DNA of 64,000 nt from Macrostomum lignano (lineage: Eukaryota): assembly GCA_002269645.1 (NCBI GenBank), contig NIVC01001363.1:241707-305706 (forward strand). The letters are read 5' to 3'. The notes under the pieces were generated by a model. The model saw only the letters and a list, made by a program, of their open reading frames with translations, was not told the origin of the DNA and did not search any database. Shown here piece after piece: positions 51,401-62,707 of the stretch. Position 1 is the first letter of the stretch; each line of letters begins with the position of its first letter. The position numbers were made by a program, and so were the translations under genes.

Positions 51401-54400
51401 AGGCGCTGTTGCGATGGTGGAATGAATGCGGAATTACATAATGTTGATGGTGGATGGTTCGAGGCCGACCAAATAAACTAAAGAATAAAGTAGATCTAAC
51501 TGCGTGAAATTTTGGTCTGACTCTCAACCAGAAGAATCCTGCATGTATATAACAAGGACGACTTAAGTAGAAGGACGGGAAACCTCGTTTCTTAGAAAAT
51601 TTTTGAAGGCACTTTTTCCCGAAAAAATACACTGCGGAGATAGGAAATTTTCATTTTTTCAGCACAAAAATTGCTATAACTTTTGATAGGAGGCAGATCC
51701 AGTGTTGATCTTTTGATATGTTGTGCCTTTTTTATTGCTCTATCGATATTTATAAAGCTTTCCGTTCAGAAAATTAGGATTCTATGTTAATTTTTTATTC
51801 TACGTATATTTCCTGCATCTAAAAATCACAAAAAGGCATGACACAGCTCCAATATTTGGTTTTATGAATCTATTTTATCATCTTTGTTACAAATATTTGC
51901 TACACAGTCTGGTAAGAATTATAAAATAGACTCATAAAATCAAAGAGCCAAGCCGTGGCATTCTAATGTATTTCAAGCACAAGACACATGAAAATATACG
52001 TAGAATAAAAAATTAACATAGAATCCTAATTTTCTGAACGGAAAGCTTTATAAATATCGATAGAGCAATAAAAAAGGCACAACATATCAAAAGATCAACA
52101 CTGGATCTGCCTCCTATCAAAAGTTATAGCAATTTTTGTGCTGAAAAAATGAAAATTTCCTATCTCCGCAGTGTATTTTTTCGGAAAAAAGTGCCTTCAA
52201 AAAAATTCTAAGAAACGAGGTTTCCCGTCCTTCTACTTAAGTCGTCCTTGGTATATAATTCATTGCATATTCACACCGCTCTGGTTTGAATTGAAGATAA
52301 AACATAAAACAGTCTCCCTGTCACTGCGTTCTCGATCCTGCAGCGATATCCCGCTTAAAAAATTCAAGCCGATTCCTGGTTAAATTCCAAGTTAAACTGT
52401 GAATATTCAAGGTTTATCTAGGAATGAGAGTTAAGATCGCTTCCAAGTTAAACTGACGTTTGAATTCATTGCACTTTAACAAAGTACGGATTAAAAAAGT
52501 TGAAAAAATGACTGTTAAACTTAGCTAACTGTAAATAAATTTCAAAGTTTAAAGTTAAAATATTAGGCTGAACTTCTGTACACACATAAATGAAACGCAG
52601 CATGAGAAGTAATAGATTTGAATGTTATCGCTCGCTGCTCAGACATACGCTGTTCGGCATCAGTGTTCACTTGTGTCGCCAAAGTTTAATGCACACGCTT
52701 CAGCTGATGGCCATAGACAAACTGCCGATAGGTTAATAATGTTTCAACTGATGCCCATAGACAAACTGCCGATAGGTTAATAATGTTTCAACTGATGGCC
52801 ATAGACAAATTGCCGATAGGTTAATAATGTTTCAACTGATGCCCATAGACAAACTGCCGATAGGTTAATAATGTTTCAACTGATGCCCATAGACAAATTG
52901 CCGATAGGTTAATAATGTTTCAACTGATGCCCATAGACAAACTGCCGATAGGTTAATAATGTTTCAACTGATGCCCATAGACAAATTGCCGATAGGTTAA
53001 TAATGTTTCAACTGATGCCCATAGACAAATGCCGATAGGTTAATAATGTTTCAACTGATGCCCATAGACAAATTGCCGATAGGTTAATAATGTTTCAACT
53101 GATGCCCATAGACAAACTGCCGATAGGTTAATAATGTTTCAACTGATGCCCATAGACAAATTGCCGATAGGTTAATAATGTTTCAACTGATGCCCATAGA
53201 CAAATTGCCGATAGGTTAATAATGTTTCAACTGATGCCCATAGACAAATTGCCGATAGGTTAATAATGTTTCAACTGATGGCCAAAGACAAACTGCTGCC
53301 GATAGGTTAAGAATTTTTCATCCGTGGACTTGCCGAAATTGAAGTCACTTCTGCTAAAGTCGAGATCAAAATGGCATGCTAAGCTAAGACAGACGATCCG
53401 CTATAGACTATATACGAACACACTCGGTTTTTGCTCATATACAGGACTGTACGCTGGTTTTTGTTAAATTAGTCAACACATTGATAGTAAAAATGTTAAT
53501 AAATGAAGGATCCTGTTACGCGTGTATTTTAGAGTACTTAGTTGACAAATTCCAGATGGTATTAGAACTTTATATTATCATATTACATAGCGCTTTTTAG
53601 GCCTTTTGAAAATCGTTGGAAAGCTAGTAAAGTCTGGTCCGTTGTGTCATTCATTGTCTTGTAGATCTTCAGTTGGCGATGGCGTGGGCGACCTTCTTGA
53701 TGTTCCTGATGACGCGGACCACCTTCCTGATGCGGATGCCCTTCTTGGCCAGCTGCTGGAAGCCCTCCTCCGTCAGGCCGGACTCTTCCAGGTTGGCCAC
53801 GGCCTCCAGAGCCGAGGTGGTCTCGGCCTCCTCCTGCTGGCTGGGCACGGCGGCGGCCAGAGCCGCGCAGAGCAGAAGTCCGAGAGCGAGCTGCCACTTC
53901 ATGCTTGACTCTGAGTCTGTTGCTATGTGAGCTGATGAAGCTGAGAGTATGCGATTGAGCTGGCTCGGTTGTCTCATGGAGCGGTCGGGAGATCGGCATT
54001 TATGCACAAAACAGCGGCACGTTTTTCCGGTACAAGGAGCGGCACGCGTCAGAGTTTGAGCTGGGGACTCAAGTGAGTCCATGAAGTACTGCTACAGTAC
54101 TTCTTCTCTTATGCAAGTTCGACCAAAGGGCAAACAATCCTTTTCTGTGAGTAGATGGTTTACTTATGATTCATTTTTCGGCAGCCTGCAATGTAACAAT
54201 AACTTGAACAAAGTTTCTCATGCTCCCACTCAATTACTCAGGACTTCAAGAGAAATCATGTCAGTAGCTTTCCATTGGCAAGCCATTATGATTGTTTGTG
54301 TTTGCCCAGCTTGTGTGCTCAGAGTACAACAGCTCACAAAGTAGCAAGAGACATTGCTAATTAAACATCTCTCGCCTAGAGTTTACGAGCCGCAAGTCAA

Positions 54401-57400
54401 TCTTGTCCTGAAAGGAATTTTTACCATAATTTACGCCTTCTAGGAGGTAAAGCTTACATCGGGGTCCAGAAAGACCAGACACACGATTGACGAAGCTGCA
54501 GAAGAGGCTTCGCTGTCACATAGTTCGGCGTCCGTCTCCAGGGTGGCGGTGCTCCAAACGCGTACGCCGCCGCCACAGCCGCCACTGGCAATGGTGTTGC
54601 CGTCCGGGTGCAGACAGAGGCTGCAGAAAAGAAAGAAACACACGATGAGAAAATAGTAAATTTGACCTCAATAAAAGTTGCACCATGACGCAACGCTTTC
54701 GGCGACATGGTCGCGCAACCAGGCCTGAGTCAATTCTGCCAATTTCGCTGACTCCTGAGCAGATTTAATACTGTACGCAGGCCCAGACTTTCTAATCTTT
54801 AGGCATGTACACTCTCTGAGCGGACTAGTAGAGGTCACTTCAATAGTAGAGGTCTAAATATGGAGTTTACGAATAAAAAAGGCATGAATTTCATTGTCCT
54901 CAATCCACTGTGACGCATAACATCCCCGTTTCATTCGACAACAGAAGTCGGCAAACTCCGGCCTGCTGGTCACATGCGGCCCGCGAAGCCTCTTCATCTG
55001 GCCCTCGGGTCTTGTGAAACTTCACAATGGCAATCCGGCCCGCTCAAGGTTCATGTCTCTTTTCAGCACTCTCTTTTTATCTCTTCTCTCCCCTCTTCTC
55101 TCCCCTCTGCTCTCCCCTCTTCTCTCCCCTCTTCTCTCCCCTCTTCTCTCCCCTCTGCTCTCCCCTCTTCTCTTCCCTCTGCTCTCCCCTCTTCTCTCCC
55201 CTCTGCTCTCCCCTCTTCTCTCCCCTCTTCTCTCCCCTCTTCTCTCCCCTCTTCTCTCCCCTCTTCTCTCCCCTCTGCTCTCCACTCTTCTCTCCCCTCT
55301 TCTCTCCCCTCTTCTCTCCCCTCTTCTCTCCCCTCTGCTCTCCCCTCTTCTCTCCCCTCTTCTCTCCCCTCTGCTCTCCCCTCTGCTCTCCCCTCTGCTC
55401 TCCCCTCTGCTCTCCCCTCTTCTCTCCCCTCTTCTCTTCCCTCTGCTCTCCCCTCTTCTCTCCCCTCTTCTCTCCCCTCTTCTCTCCCCTCTTCTCTCCC
55501 CTCTTCTCTCTCTCCTCTTCTCTCCCTGCTCTTCTCTCCCCTCTTCTCTCCCTCTGCTCTCCCCTCTTCTCTCCCCTCTTCTCTCCCCTCTTCTCTTCTC
55601 TCCCTCTTCTCTCCCCTCTTCTCTCCTCTTCTCTCCTCTTTCTCTCCCCTCTTCTCTCCTCTCTTCTCTCCTCTCTCTCTCTTCTCTCCTCTTCTCTCCC
55701 CTCTTCTCTTCCCTCTTCTCTCCCCTCTTCTCTCCCCTCTTCTCTCAAGCTAAGCTATCAAATCAAGCTATCAAATTACCTTTTTACATCGCCAGCATGC
55801 TCTCGATAGTGCCTCTGCTTTGAGCCGCTTCCGTCAGGTGAGTAGCTGAGCAGTACGACCAGCCGGCCGGTGGGGTAGACCAGCTCGCCCGTGCTCGGCA
55901 GCGATGCCAGGTTCTTTCGACAGTCGTTGCCCCGGTAACCGTAGCTTAAGAGGAGGAAACAGAGTTTTTCGGTCATGCCATCGCCAGTGCGGCACGTGAG
56001 AATTTTGTCAAACATTTCCAATGGCTTTCCATCAGCGTCTACACCTGGGGGTCAGCAAAGTTTTTTACCTTAAGGCACAGATAGAGAACCCAGCGCATGG
56101 CTGCGAGCCAGAGGAGGGGATAAAGAAGAGGGGAGTAGAGAAGAGAGATAGGAGAAATTAGAGACGAGGGAAAAACGAAAATAGGGGAAAAAGGACGAGA
56201 GGAGAAAAGAGATGAAATAGGAGGGGAGAGAAGAGCTTGTAGAGAAGGGAGAGAAGGGAGAGGAAAGAAGAGAGAAGTGAAGGAGAGGAGAGGAGAGGAG
56301 ACGAGAGGAGACGAGAGGAGAGGAGAGGAGAGGAGAGGAGAGGAGAGGAGAGGAGAGGAGAGGAGAGGAGAGGAGAGGAGAGGAGAGGAGAGGAGAGGAA
56401 AGAAGAGAGAAGTGAAGGAGAGGAGAGGAGAGGAGACGAGAGGAGACGAGAGGAGAGGAGAGGAGAGGAGAGGAGAGGAGAGGAGAGGAGAGGAGAGGAG
56501 AGGAGAGGAGAGGAGAGGAGAGGAGAGGAGACGAGAGAGAAGGAGAGAAGATTGTAGAGAAGGGAGCTGAGAAGAGACAAAAACCTTTAGCGGGGCCGGA
56601 TTGCTGTTTTGAAGTTTTTGTGCACCACATGCGGCCCTTCGGGCAGGAGTTTGCCGATCCCTAATCTACATCTATGCTTCCACCTTACACCCAGTCCAGT
56701 TCGAGCCGGTCAACGGGCTCCGGCTGCACCTCCGTGGTCGCCCCGTCGGTCCATTGTATGTCATCTGGACACGTGATCAGCCGCTCGCCAAATCTGCATT
56801 TGATTTCCAGCTGCCTGATTGCCATCGCTGTCGGATGCTGAATAGGAGACGGCGTCAGCTGTGCTGCTGGGTGCTGCTGATGCGGTATCGCCAGTTGATT
56901 TTTACTGCCACCTCCCAGGTGCGCCACTGCAGGGGTTGGAACGGCTTCGATTCCAGAAGCAGCAGCAAACGAACTCCTGGACCCGTTGATTCCGATCGAC
57001 TTCTTAGCTGGCGATTGGCCTCGCAAACCGTCTTTGCGATTGTCTTTGCCATTCTCAACGACTTCGTCGCCGCTCTCCGTTGATGCGAGGGTCACCGTGG
57101 ACCAGGTGGCACTGCTGGCTGCCTGCAAGACGGTGCAAAGTAAACTAATGCAGTCAATTATGTTCTGGTACGACAAGCAATATCACACAAGGTCGCATGT
57201 TGAACCCGCGTGATTTACCGAGCTGGTCCCGCTGAGCGATTGAAGACTCGCGTTGATCGCCGCACTGACGGTCTTGGCCGATTCCTGCCTGGGCGCCTCC
57301 GGGTGCGCTTCGAAGTAGGCCTGCTGTGCCTGCTGCAGGAACTTCATGAACTTCTGCCAGCTGAATTGGAGAAGTTGGGATTTTATGGAGAGTAAAAAAT

Positions 57401-60400
57401 TACGGCTGGTAAGAAAGACGTCGCTTAAAAATGATAAAAATGTTTTTCCCTCACCGCACAGCTCCAGTTGCTGAATCTTTACATTGATGGAGCACAGCTG
57501 CCAGCACCGAGCCATAGACTGGATTGTCGTACCTGGCGCACACATCCAGCACCTGAAGGGGTTCGCATTGTAAGGTTCATTCATGTCTTATATTTCTATG
57601 TCTATATTTGTCTTGGGCTAAGTGACACCGCTCAGTCTGAACGGACTGTAAGTGACACCGCAGTCTGAACGGACTGTAAGTGACACCGCAGTCTGAACGG
57701 ACTGTATGTGACACTGCAGTCTGAACGGACTGTAAGTGACACTGCAGTCTGAACGGACTGTAAGTGACACTGCAGTCTGAACGGACTGTAAGTGACACTG
57801 CAGTCTGAACGGACTGTAAGTGACACTGCAGTCTGAACGGACTGTAAGTGACACTGCAGTCTGAACGGACTGTAAGTGACACTGCAGTCTGAAAGGACTG
57901 TAAGTGACACTGCAGTCTGAACGGACTGTAAGTGACACTGCAGTCTGAACGGACTGTAAGTGACATGCAGTCTGAACGGACTGTAAGTGACACTGCAGTC
58001 TGAACGGACTGTAAGTGACACCGCTCAGTCTGAAAGGACTGTAAGTGACACTGCAGTCTGAAAGGACTGTAAGTGACACTGCAGTCTGAAAGGACTGTAA
58101 GTGACATGCAGTCTGAAAGGACTGTAAGTGACACTGCAGTATGAAAGGACTGTAAGTGACACTGCAGTCTGAACGGACTGTAAGTGACACTGCAGTCTGA
58201 ACGGACTGTAAGTGACATGCAGTCTGAACGGACTGTAAGTGACACTGCAGTCTGAAAGGACTGTAAGTGACACTGCAGTCTGAAAGGACTGTAAGTGACA
58301 CTGCAGTCTGAAAGGACTGTAAGTGACACTGCAGTCTGAAAGGACTGTAAGTGACACTGCAGTCTGAACGGACTGTAAGTGACATGCAGTCTGAACGGAC
58401 TGTAAGTGACACTGCAGTCTGAACGGACTGTAAGTGACACCGCTCAGTCTGAAAGGACTGTAAGTGACACTGCAGTCTGAAAGGACTGTAAGTGACATGC
58501 AGTCTGAAAGGACTGTAAGTGACACTGCAGTATGAACGGCTCACCGCACGCTTTGGCAGCAGGCCGCTCCTACTGATGTTCCGCTTGCGAAGGTCCCTCC
58601 GGATGATGTCTAAATCCACGTATCGCCTGTGCAGCGTCAGCTGCTCAACCACGCGCCGAGTGAGCTCCGACGAGGCCGCAGTGGTCGATTCCGAGCTCTC
58701 CAGGAGGCCTGCTCCAGTGGAAACTTGGACGCTCTCTCGACGGGTATCGGCATGAGCGCTCACCAGACGGAAGGTAGCGGCGTCGCTGTCAACCCAGCCC
58801 GTGGCGGCGAAGCTCAAACTCGCCTGACTGTCGTTCAAGTGCGCACGGCTGTCATTTTGATCGATACCGACAACATCGGCGGCGCATGCGGCAGCCAGAC
58901 GGTCGAGTAGTCGTTCAGACAACGGCATCTGGTGCTCGTTGGCAAGTCTGTGCAAATCTTTGCATGGCAGGGCGCCTTCGGCTGTGGAAGCGGCGCTCAG
59001 CGCGGAGACGAAAGCGCGGAGTTTCAACCGGCTGACCGACTCCAACGAGCGGGTCAGCTGGCGCTGAAGAGGCTCGGATTGCGGTCCTCCATCACTGGCG
59101 TCTGCGGAAGCAATTTAAAAATTTAAGTGGGCTATTGTAGCCGCCATTCGAGTGCTATGGTTAGGGTAGGGTAGGGTAGGGCTAGGGTAGGGTTAGGGTT
59201 GGGTTAGGTTTGGGTTAGAGTAGGGTCAGGGTAGGGTAGTTTTAGGGTAGGGTTAGTGTAGGGTTTTTTGTAGAGTTTGTTAAGATTTGCAAAGGGGGTC
59301 CGGGAGACAAAAAGATGCAGGCAGTTTGCAACAATGTCACATAATAAGTTTCCAATCCAATCGTTTGAAGTTTCACTCAGATTTCGGTGCACTAATTTAC
59401 GATTATCTTAATGTAACTTGTCAGAGCAAGGAATTTAGGAACATTCAAAAGCTTTATTAGGCAAAGATTGCAATGAATTGAACTCCCCCCAGTGCGTGCC
59501 GTGTTAGTGAAGAATTGAAGAATTTGCGTCCGTTCCAGCCTCCGTTGGCGATCCCCCATCAGCGTCCAAACCCTTGGCCAGAGAAGTTCTAAGTCAGCAT
59601 CGCCCCATCATCATAAAACTGCGAGCGACCTCTCGGTTCCGGGGAGCAACAATGGCCAAACCGAGGCACTTCCTGCCGGGGAGTTAGGGCATTTTTATCC
59701 CGAGAGACCTGCTCCAGCCTTCCCTACTTACCTACAGCAGGTATGCTTGGGTTAACAACAAGGTGAATTGGTGCGGTTTATTAGCCAGAAAGCATCACTA
59801 AGGCGGTGGCCACGCTGTCAAGCAAACGACAAGAATACCTCTGGTTGGCAAGGCTGATCATGGGAGCCGGCTGGAGCATTGAAAAAATCAAAGCCAAGAG
59901 GTTCTGAGCACAGAGAGCGGTTGGCGTATGAGCAACCCAATAACAAATTAACGCAGTAGGTGCAAAAATTTGCTTTTATGTTTCTTCTGACTGCTACCTA
60001 ATTTTTTCTTTTTTCGTTTAAAAAATTCCCGGTGATTAGTAATTATTGATGTGTGCCTAACTGCCTACCTACCTACCTATCTACCTGCAAATCTACCTAC
60101 TTAACTACCTATCTATCTGCCAATCTACCCACGGGTACCTAAATGCCAACCTATCAACCTACAAACCTACCAACATACCTACCTACCTACCTACCAACAT
60201 ACCTACCTACCTACCTACCTACCTACCTACCTAGACTACTCTTAAATCAGACAAAACTACAATAGAATGAAGTCACTCAGTTATTCAGCTCACTTTAAGA
60301 GAAGCAACTGCTATTTTGTTTTATTACTTTGCTTTTTCAACATCAATTTCCTGTGTGATTTGAAAGTCATAAAAACTTTACAAGATGGCCAGCTTCTGGC

Positions 60401-61076
60401 TTAAAAATAACTAGAAACACTAATTTAATAATAATAACAATTGATAACACCTGCCCTAATGGCCAGATGTGCAACCGACAGCTCAGCCGCAGCTACTGCG
60501 CGGCGCATCTGAAGGCTGCGTACGGCTGTTCAGTCCAAGGACTGGGAAGGGGGGTCGCCACACAGCCTCAATTACCCCAGCTAATGCTGGCAACCATTTT
60601 ACAGCTGTGTGAACTGAAGAAATGCAGAGTTTAAGTGTCTTGCTCAAGGACACAAATTGTTCTTAGTGGGATCGAGAATCGAACCCCGACCTTCAAGTCG
60701 TGAGTCCAACGCTCTAACCACTGGGCTACAAACACTAAAGGCAGTCAATTTTGCAATTTTGCAACCAGCTGAAATATGTATAACGAATTTTCTAATCTAA
60801 TTTTCTTAAGCATTTTTCCCGAAAACGTTGGGCCTTCAAGTACAAATTCCAGGGAGCGTCCTTGTTCTTCTAGCGGTCTTTGGAAGCTTAAACGGTTCTT
60901 GGCCTTCAGCATAATTAGTCAAATTAGTCAGCGCTTCCTGCATGCTCACCGGCGCAGTTGCTGTGGGCTGCCCAGCTGCCAATTCTCTTCATTCTTTGAG
61001 GCGGCGAGCCCTCGTTGGAGAGGCCGAAGTTGCAGACCTCGCGGCCCTTCTGCCGCTGCCGGGGCTGCTTCTGCAT
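45495..61076 (-). CDS. EML/EMAP-like HELP-WD40 microtubule-associated protein with an N-terminal EF-hand-like region; 15 exons: 61076-60950, 59101-58545, 57552-57455, 57360-57219, 57122-56689, 55944-55780, 54620-54458, 51405-51004, 49715-49104, 48555-48393, 47294-47007, 46341-46246, 46148-46015, 45617-45495 (14 traced; a further 5' exon is possible)
   Basis: HELP motif PVDRLELDWVYGYRGNDCRKNL..L.TGELVY; WD repeats; EML-type VTWSTHSC..GVW, LLAVG...QVLLYRMPC and terminal LVAVGG.EACIMQW; all traced junctions are GT-AG and phase-consistent. Confidence 0.88.
45693..45994. repeat. 41-bp tandem minisatellite in the last EML intron
   Basis: CCAACATCAACCGGACACCAACCAACTCTACCCAACACCAT units. Confidence 0.93.
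46655..46952 (-). mobile_element. tRNA-derived CORE-type SINE, copy 1
   Basis: - strand tRNA head with B box GGTTCGATTCC, CORE-like GTGTCCTTGAGCAAGACACT...CACCCAGCTGTAAAATGG, (AAT)n tail; two more copies in the window. Confidence 0.85.
47455..47752 (-). mobile_element. tRNA-derived CORE-type SINE, copy 2
   Basis: Near-identical to 46655-46952; A box-like TAGCCTAGCGA and B box GGTTCGATTCC. Confidence 0.85.
48646..49038. repeat. (GGAA)n microsatellite, intronic
   Basis: Direct inspection. Confidence 0.97.
51546..52257. mobile_element. MITE with about 266-bp near-perfect terminal inverted repeats and about 180-bp spacer, TA(TA)-flanked
   Basis: 51546-51811 is the reverse complement of 51992-52257 with few mismatches; termini TATATA(A/C)CAAGGACG; no coding capacity. 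Confidence 0.9.
52700..53312. repeat. 44-bp tandem minisatellite CAACTGATGCCCATAGACAAATTGCCGATAGGTTAATAATGTTT
   Basis: Direct inspection, about 13 contiguous units with no spacers. Confidence 0.95.
53669..53902 (-). CDS. Secreted antimicrobial-peptide-like precursor 2 (77 aa), nested in an EML intron: signal, acidic pro-region, cationic GFQQLAKKGIRIRKVVRVIRNIKKVAHAIAN
   Basis: MKWQLALGLLLCAALAAAVP signal; EEAE..LEES.LTEE pro-piece; C-terminal 31 aa contain 5 K, 4 R and no acidic residues. Confidence 0.8.
   Translation of the reverse strand: MKWQLALGLLLCAALAAAVPSQQEEAETTSALEAVANLEESGLTEEGFQQLAKKGIRIRKVVRVIRNIKKVAHAIAN
53903..54078 (-). promoter_or_regulatory. Conserved 5' UTR/proximal promoter shared by the two AMP-like genes (paralog 44801-44975), with a TATA-like CATAAAT
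   Basis: About 175 bp nearly identical upstream of both ATGs, including TGCATAAATGCC on the - strand about 100 nt before the ATG. Confidence 0.6.
55078..55746. repeat. 12-bp CT-rich tandem repeat CTCTTCTCTCCC / CTCTGCTCTCCC
   Basis: Direct inspection. Confidence 0.95.
56280..56535. repeat. (GAGAG)n purine microsatellite
   Basis: Direct inspection. Confidence 0.93.
57618..58535. repeat. 28-bp tandem minisatellite GTAAGTGACACTGCAGTCTGAA(C/A)GGACT filling an EML intron
   Basis: Direct inspection. Confidence 0.96.
59160..59258 (+). repeat. Degenerate interstitial telomere-like (TTAGGG/TAGGG) tract
   Basis: ttagggtagggtagggtagggctagggtagggttagggtt... Confidence 0.8.
60062..60232. repeat. (CCTA)n-like microsatellite
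   Basis: Direct inspection. Confidence 0.85.
60425..60732 (-). mobile_element. tRNA-derived CORE-type SINE, copy 3
   Basis: A box-like TAGCCCAGTGG, B box GGTTCGATTC, same CORE body and AAT tail as copies 1-2. Confidence 0.85.
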
Positions 61077-61654
61077 GATCGCTGCTGTTAGAATCGCCAA
61101 TTGCAAGCTGATCTGCAATCATAACTCAATCAGCTGCAGCGCTTCCCAGTCTGCTCAAGTCAACCCTGATTTCTTGAGTCTGTTTAAAAATGATCCGCTC
61201 CGCTCCAAGCAAACTTTTCCTAACCCTCGCGTAAGGCCGCTGATCCACTCCAATCGAACGGCAGCCAAGGAAGCAAACACACACAAACACAAGCGGCCCC
61301 AACTCCCAAGGCGACCTTGAGCCAACGATGCAGTATTGAATACTGCTAAGCTAATCCCTTTTTACCTGAGAGGCTAGCAAGCACCCCTCAGCTCCTGCTA
61401 ACCCTACTCTTCTCTCTCTCGCCTCTCCATAGGGAATGCAAGTGGCAGGCACTGTTCACTTTTTCTTTCCAATCTAAAGCCAACTTTTCCGTTCTCAATC
61501 AATCTAAAAAAATCTTCAGCATAATAAAAGCTACCGACTCTGTGCTGGAGCTGTGTGATGCGGCAGTTCTGAATTTGTAAGTACTAACGTACTTTTGAAA
61601 TTGCTAAATTTCTACAGCTTAGACAGACTTGAGTCTGGAGTCTTGATCATTTCT

Positions 61655-62172
61655 CTCAAACCGTGAGAATCTGCTTCTCCGCTCCCTCAAACCGTGAGAA
61701 TCTGCCTCTCCGTCCCCTCAATCCGTGAGAATCTGCCTCTCCACCCCCTCAATCCGTGAGAATCTGCCTCTCCACCCCTCAATCCGTGAGAATCTGCCTC
61801 TCCACCCCTCAATCCGTTAGAATCTGCCTCTCCACCCCCACAATCCGTGAGAATCTGCCTCTCCGCTCCCTCAATCCGTGAGAATCTGCCTCTCCGCTCC
61901 CTCAATCCATGAGAATCTGCCTCTCCACCCCCTCAATCCGTGAGAATCTGCCTCTCCACACTCTCAAACTGTAAGAATCTGCCTCTCCGCTACATCAAAC
62001 CGTGAGAATCTGCCTCTCTGCTCCATCAAACCGTAAGAATCTGCCTCTCCGCCCCTCAAACCGTGAGAATCTGCCTCTCCGCCCCTCAAACCGTGAGAAT
62101 CTGCCTCTCCGCCCCTCAAACCGTGAGAATCTGCCTCTCCGCTCCCTCAAACCGCGAGAATCTGCCTCTCCA
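61655..62172. repeat. About 30-31-bp tandem minisatellite (CCCTCAA(T/A)CCGTGAGAATCTGCCTCTCC..)
   Basis: Direct inspection. Confidence 0.93.
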
Positions 62173-62707
62173 GCCCCAATGTGGCGCCGAAATGAGTAAC
62201 ATTTCTCAATATACGTGAAGTGTACGATTGGCATCATTCTATCAGAGTGGGTCCAGCGCACTCATAATTTGTATATTTATTTGAAACGAACTAACAAACA
62301 GATAAACAAATCGTTAATAAGGCCAAGCAGTTATAGCTTTGATTTGAACAATTTACTGGTCACATTTCAAAACGCATATGCTGTTACAATTGAAGCACAA
62401 AAAGACTAAAAATAGAAAGAGAAGATACACGCAAAAGGAATGTTGAATAGGATATTAATCATAGTAAAACATTGCCCTCAGTAGTTATAAATGGAATGGA
62501 ATGAGCTCAGCTTCACAGGAAGTTTCTTAGTCTCCCAGTTTACAGGTGAAAATACTGATAAAATACTTAATTTGTACACAACTAACGGGAAAACAGCTGC
62601 AATCTAGAAATTATGATTGATATGATTTTAAAACTAAAAAACTCAATATGCACTACTCATTCAGGCAAGGCGAGTAGTCTAAAGCGATTTTTCTCGGATT
62701 AGCGCTA

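Noticed and set aside
52700-53312. 44-bp and other regular arrays (1-906, 37938-38297, 57618-58535) as possible CRISPR arrays
   Set aside because: Units are contiguous with no unique spacers, no cas genes are present and the context is eukaryotic
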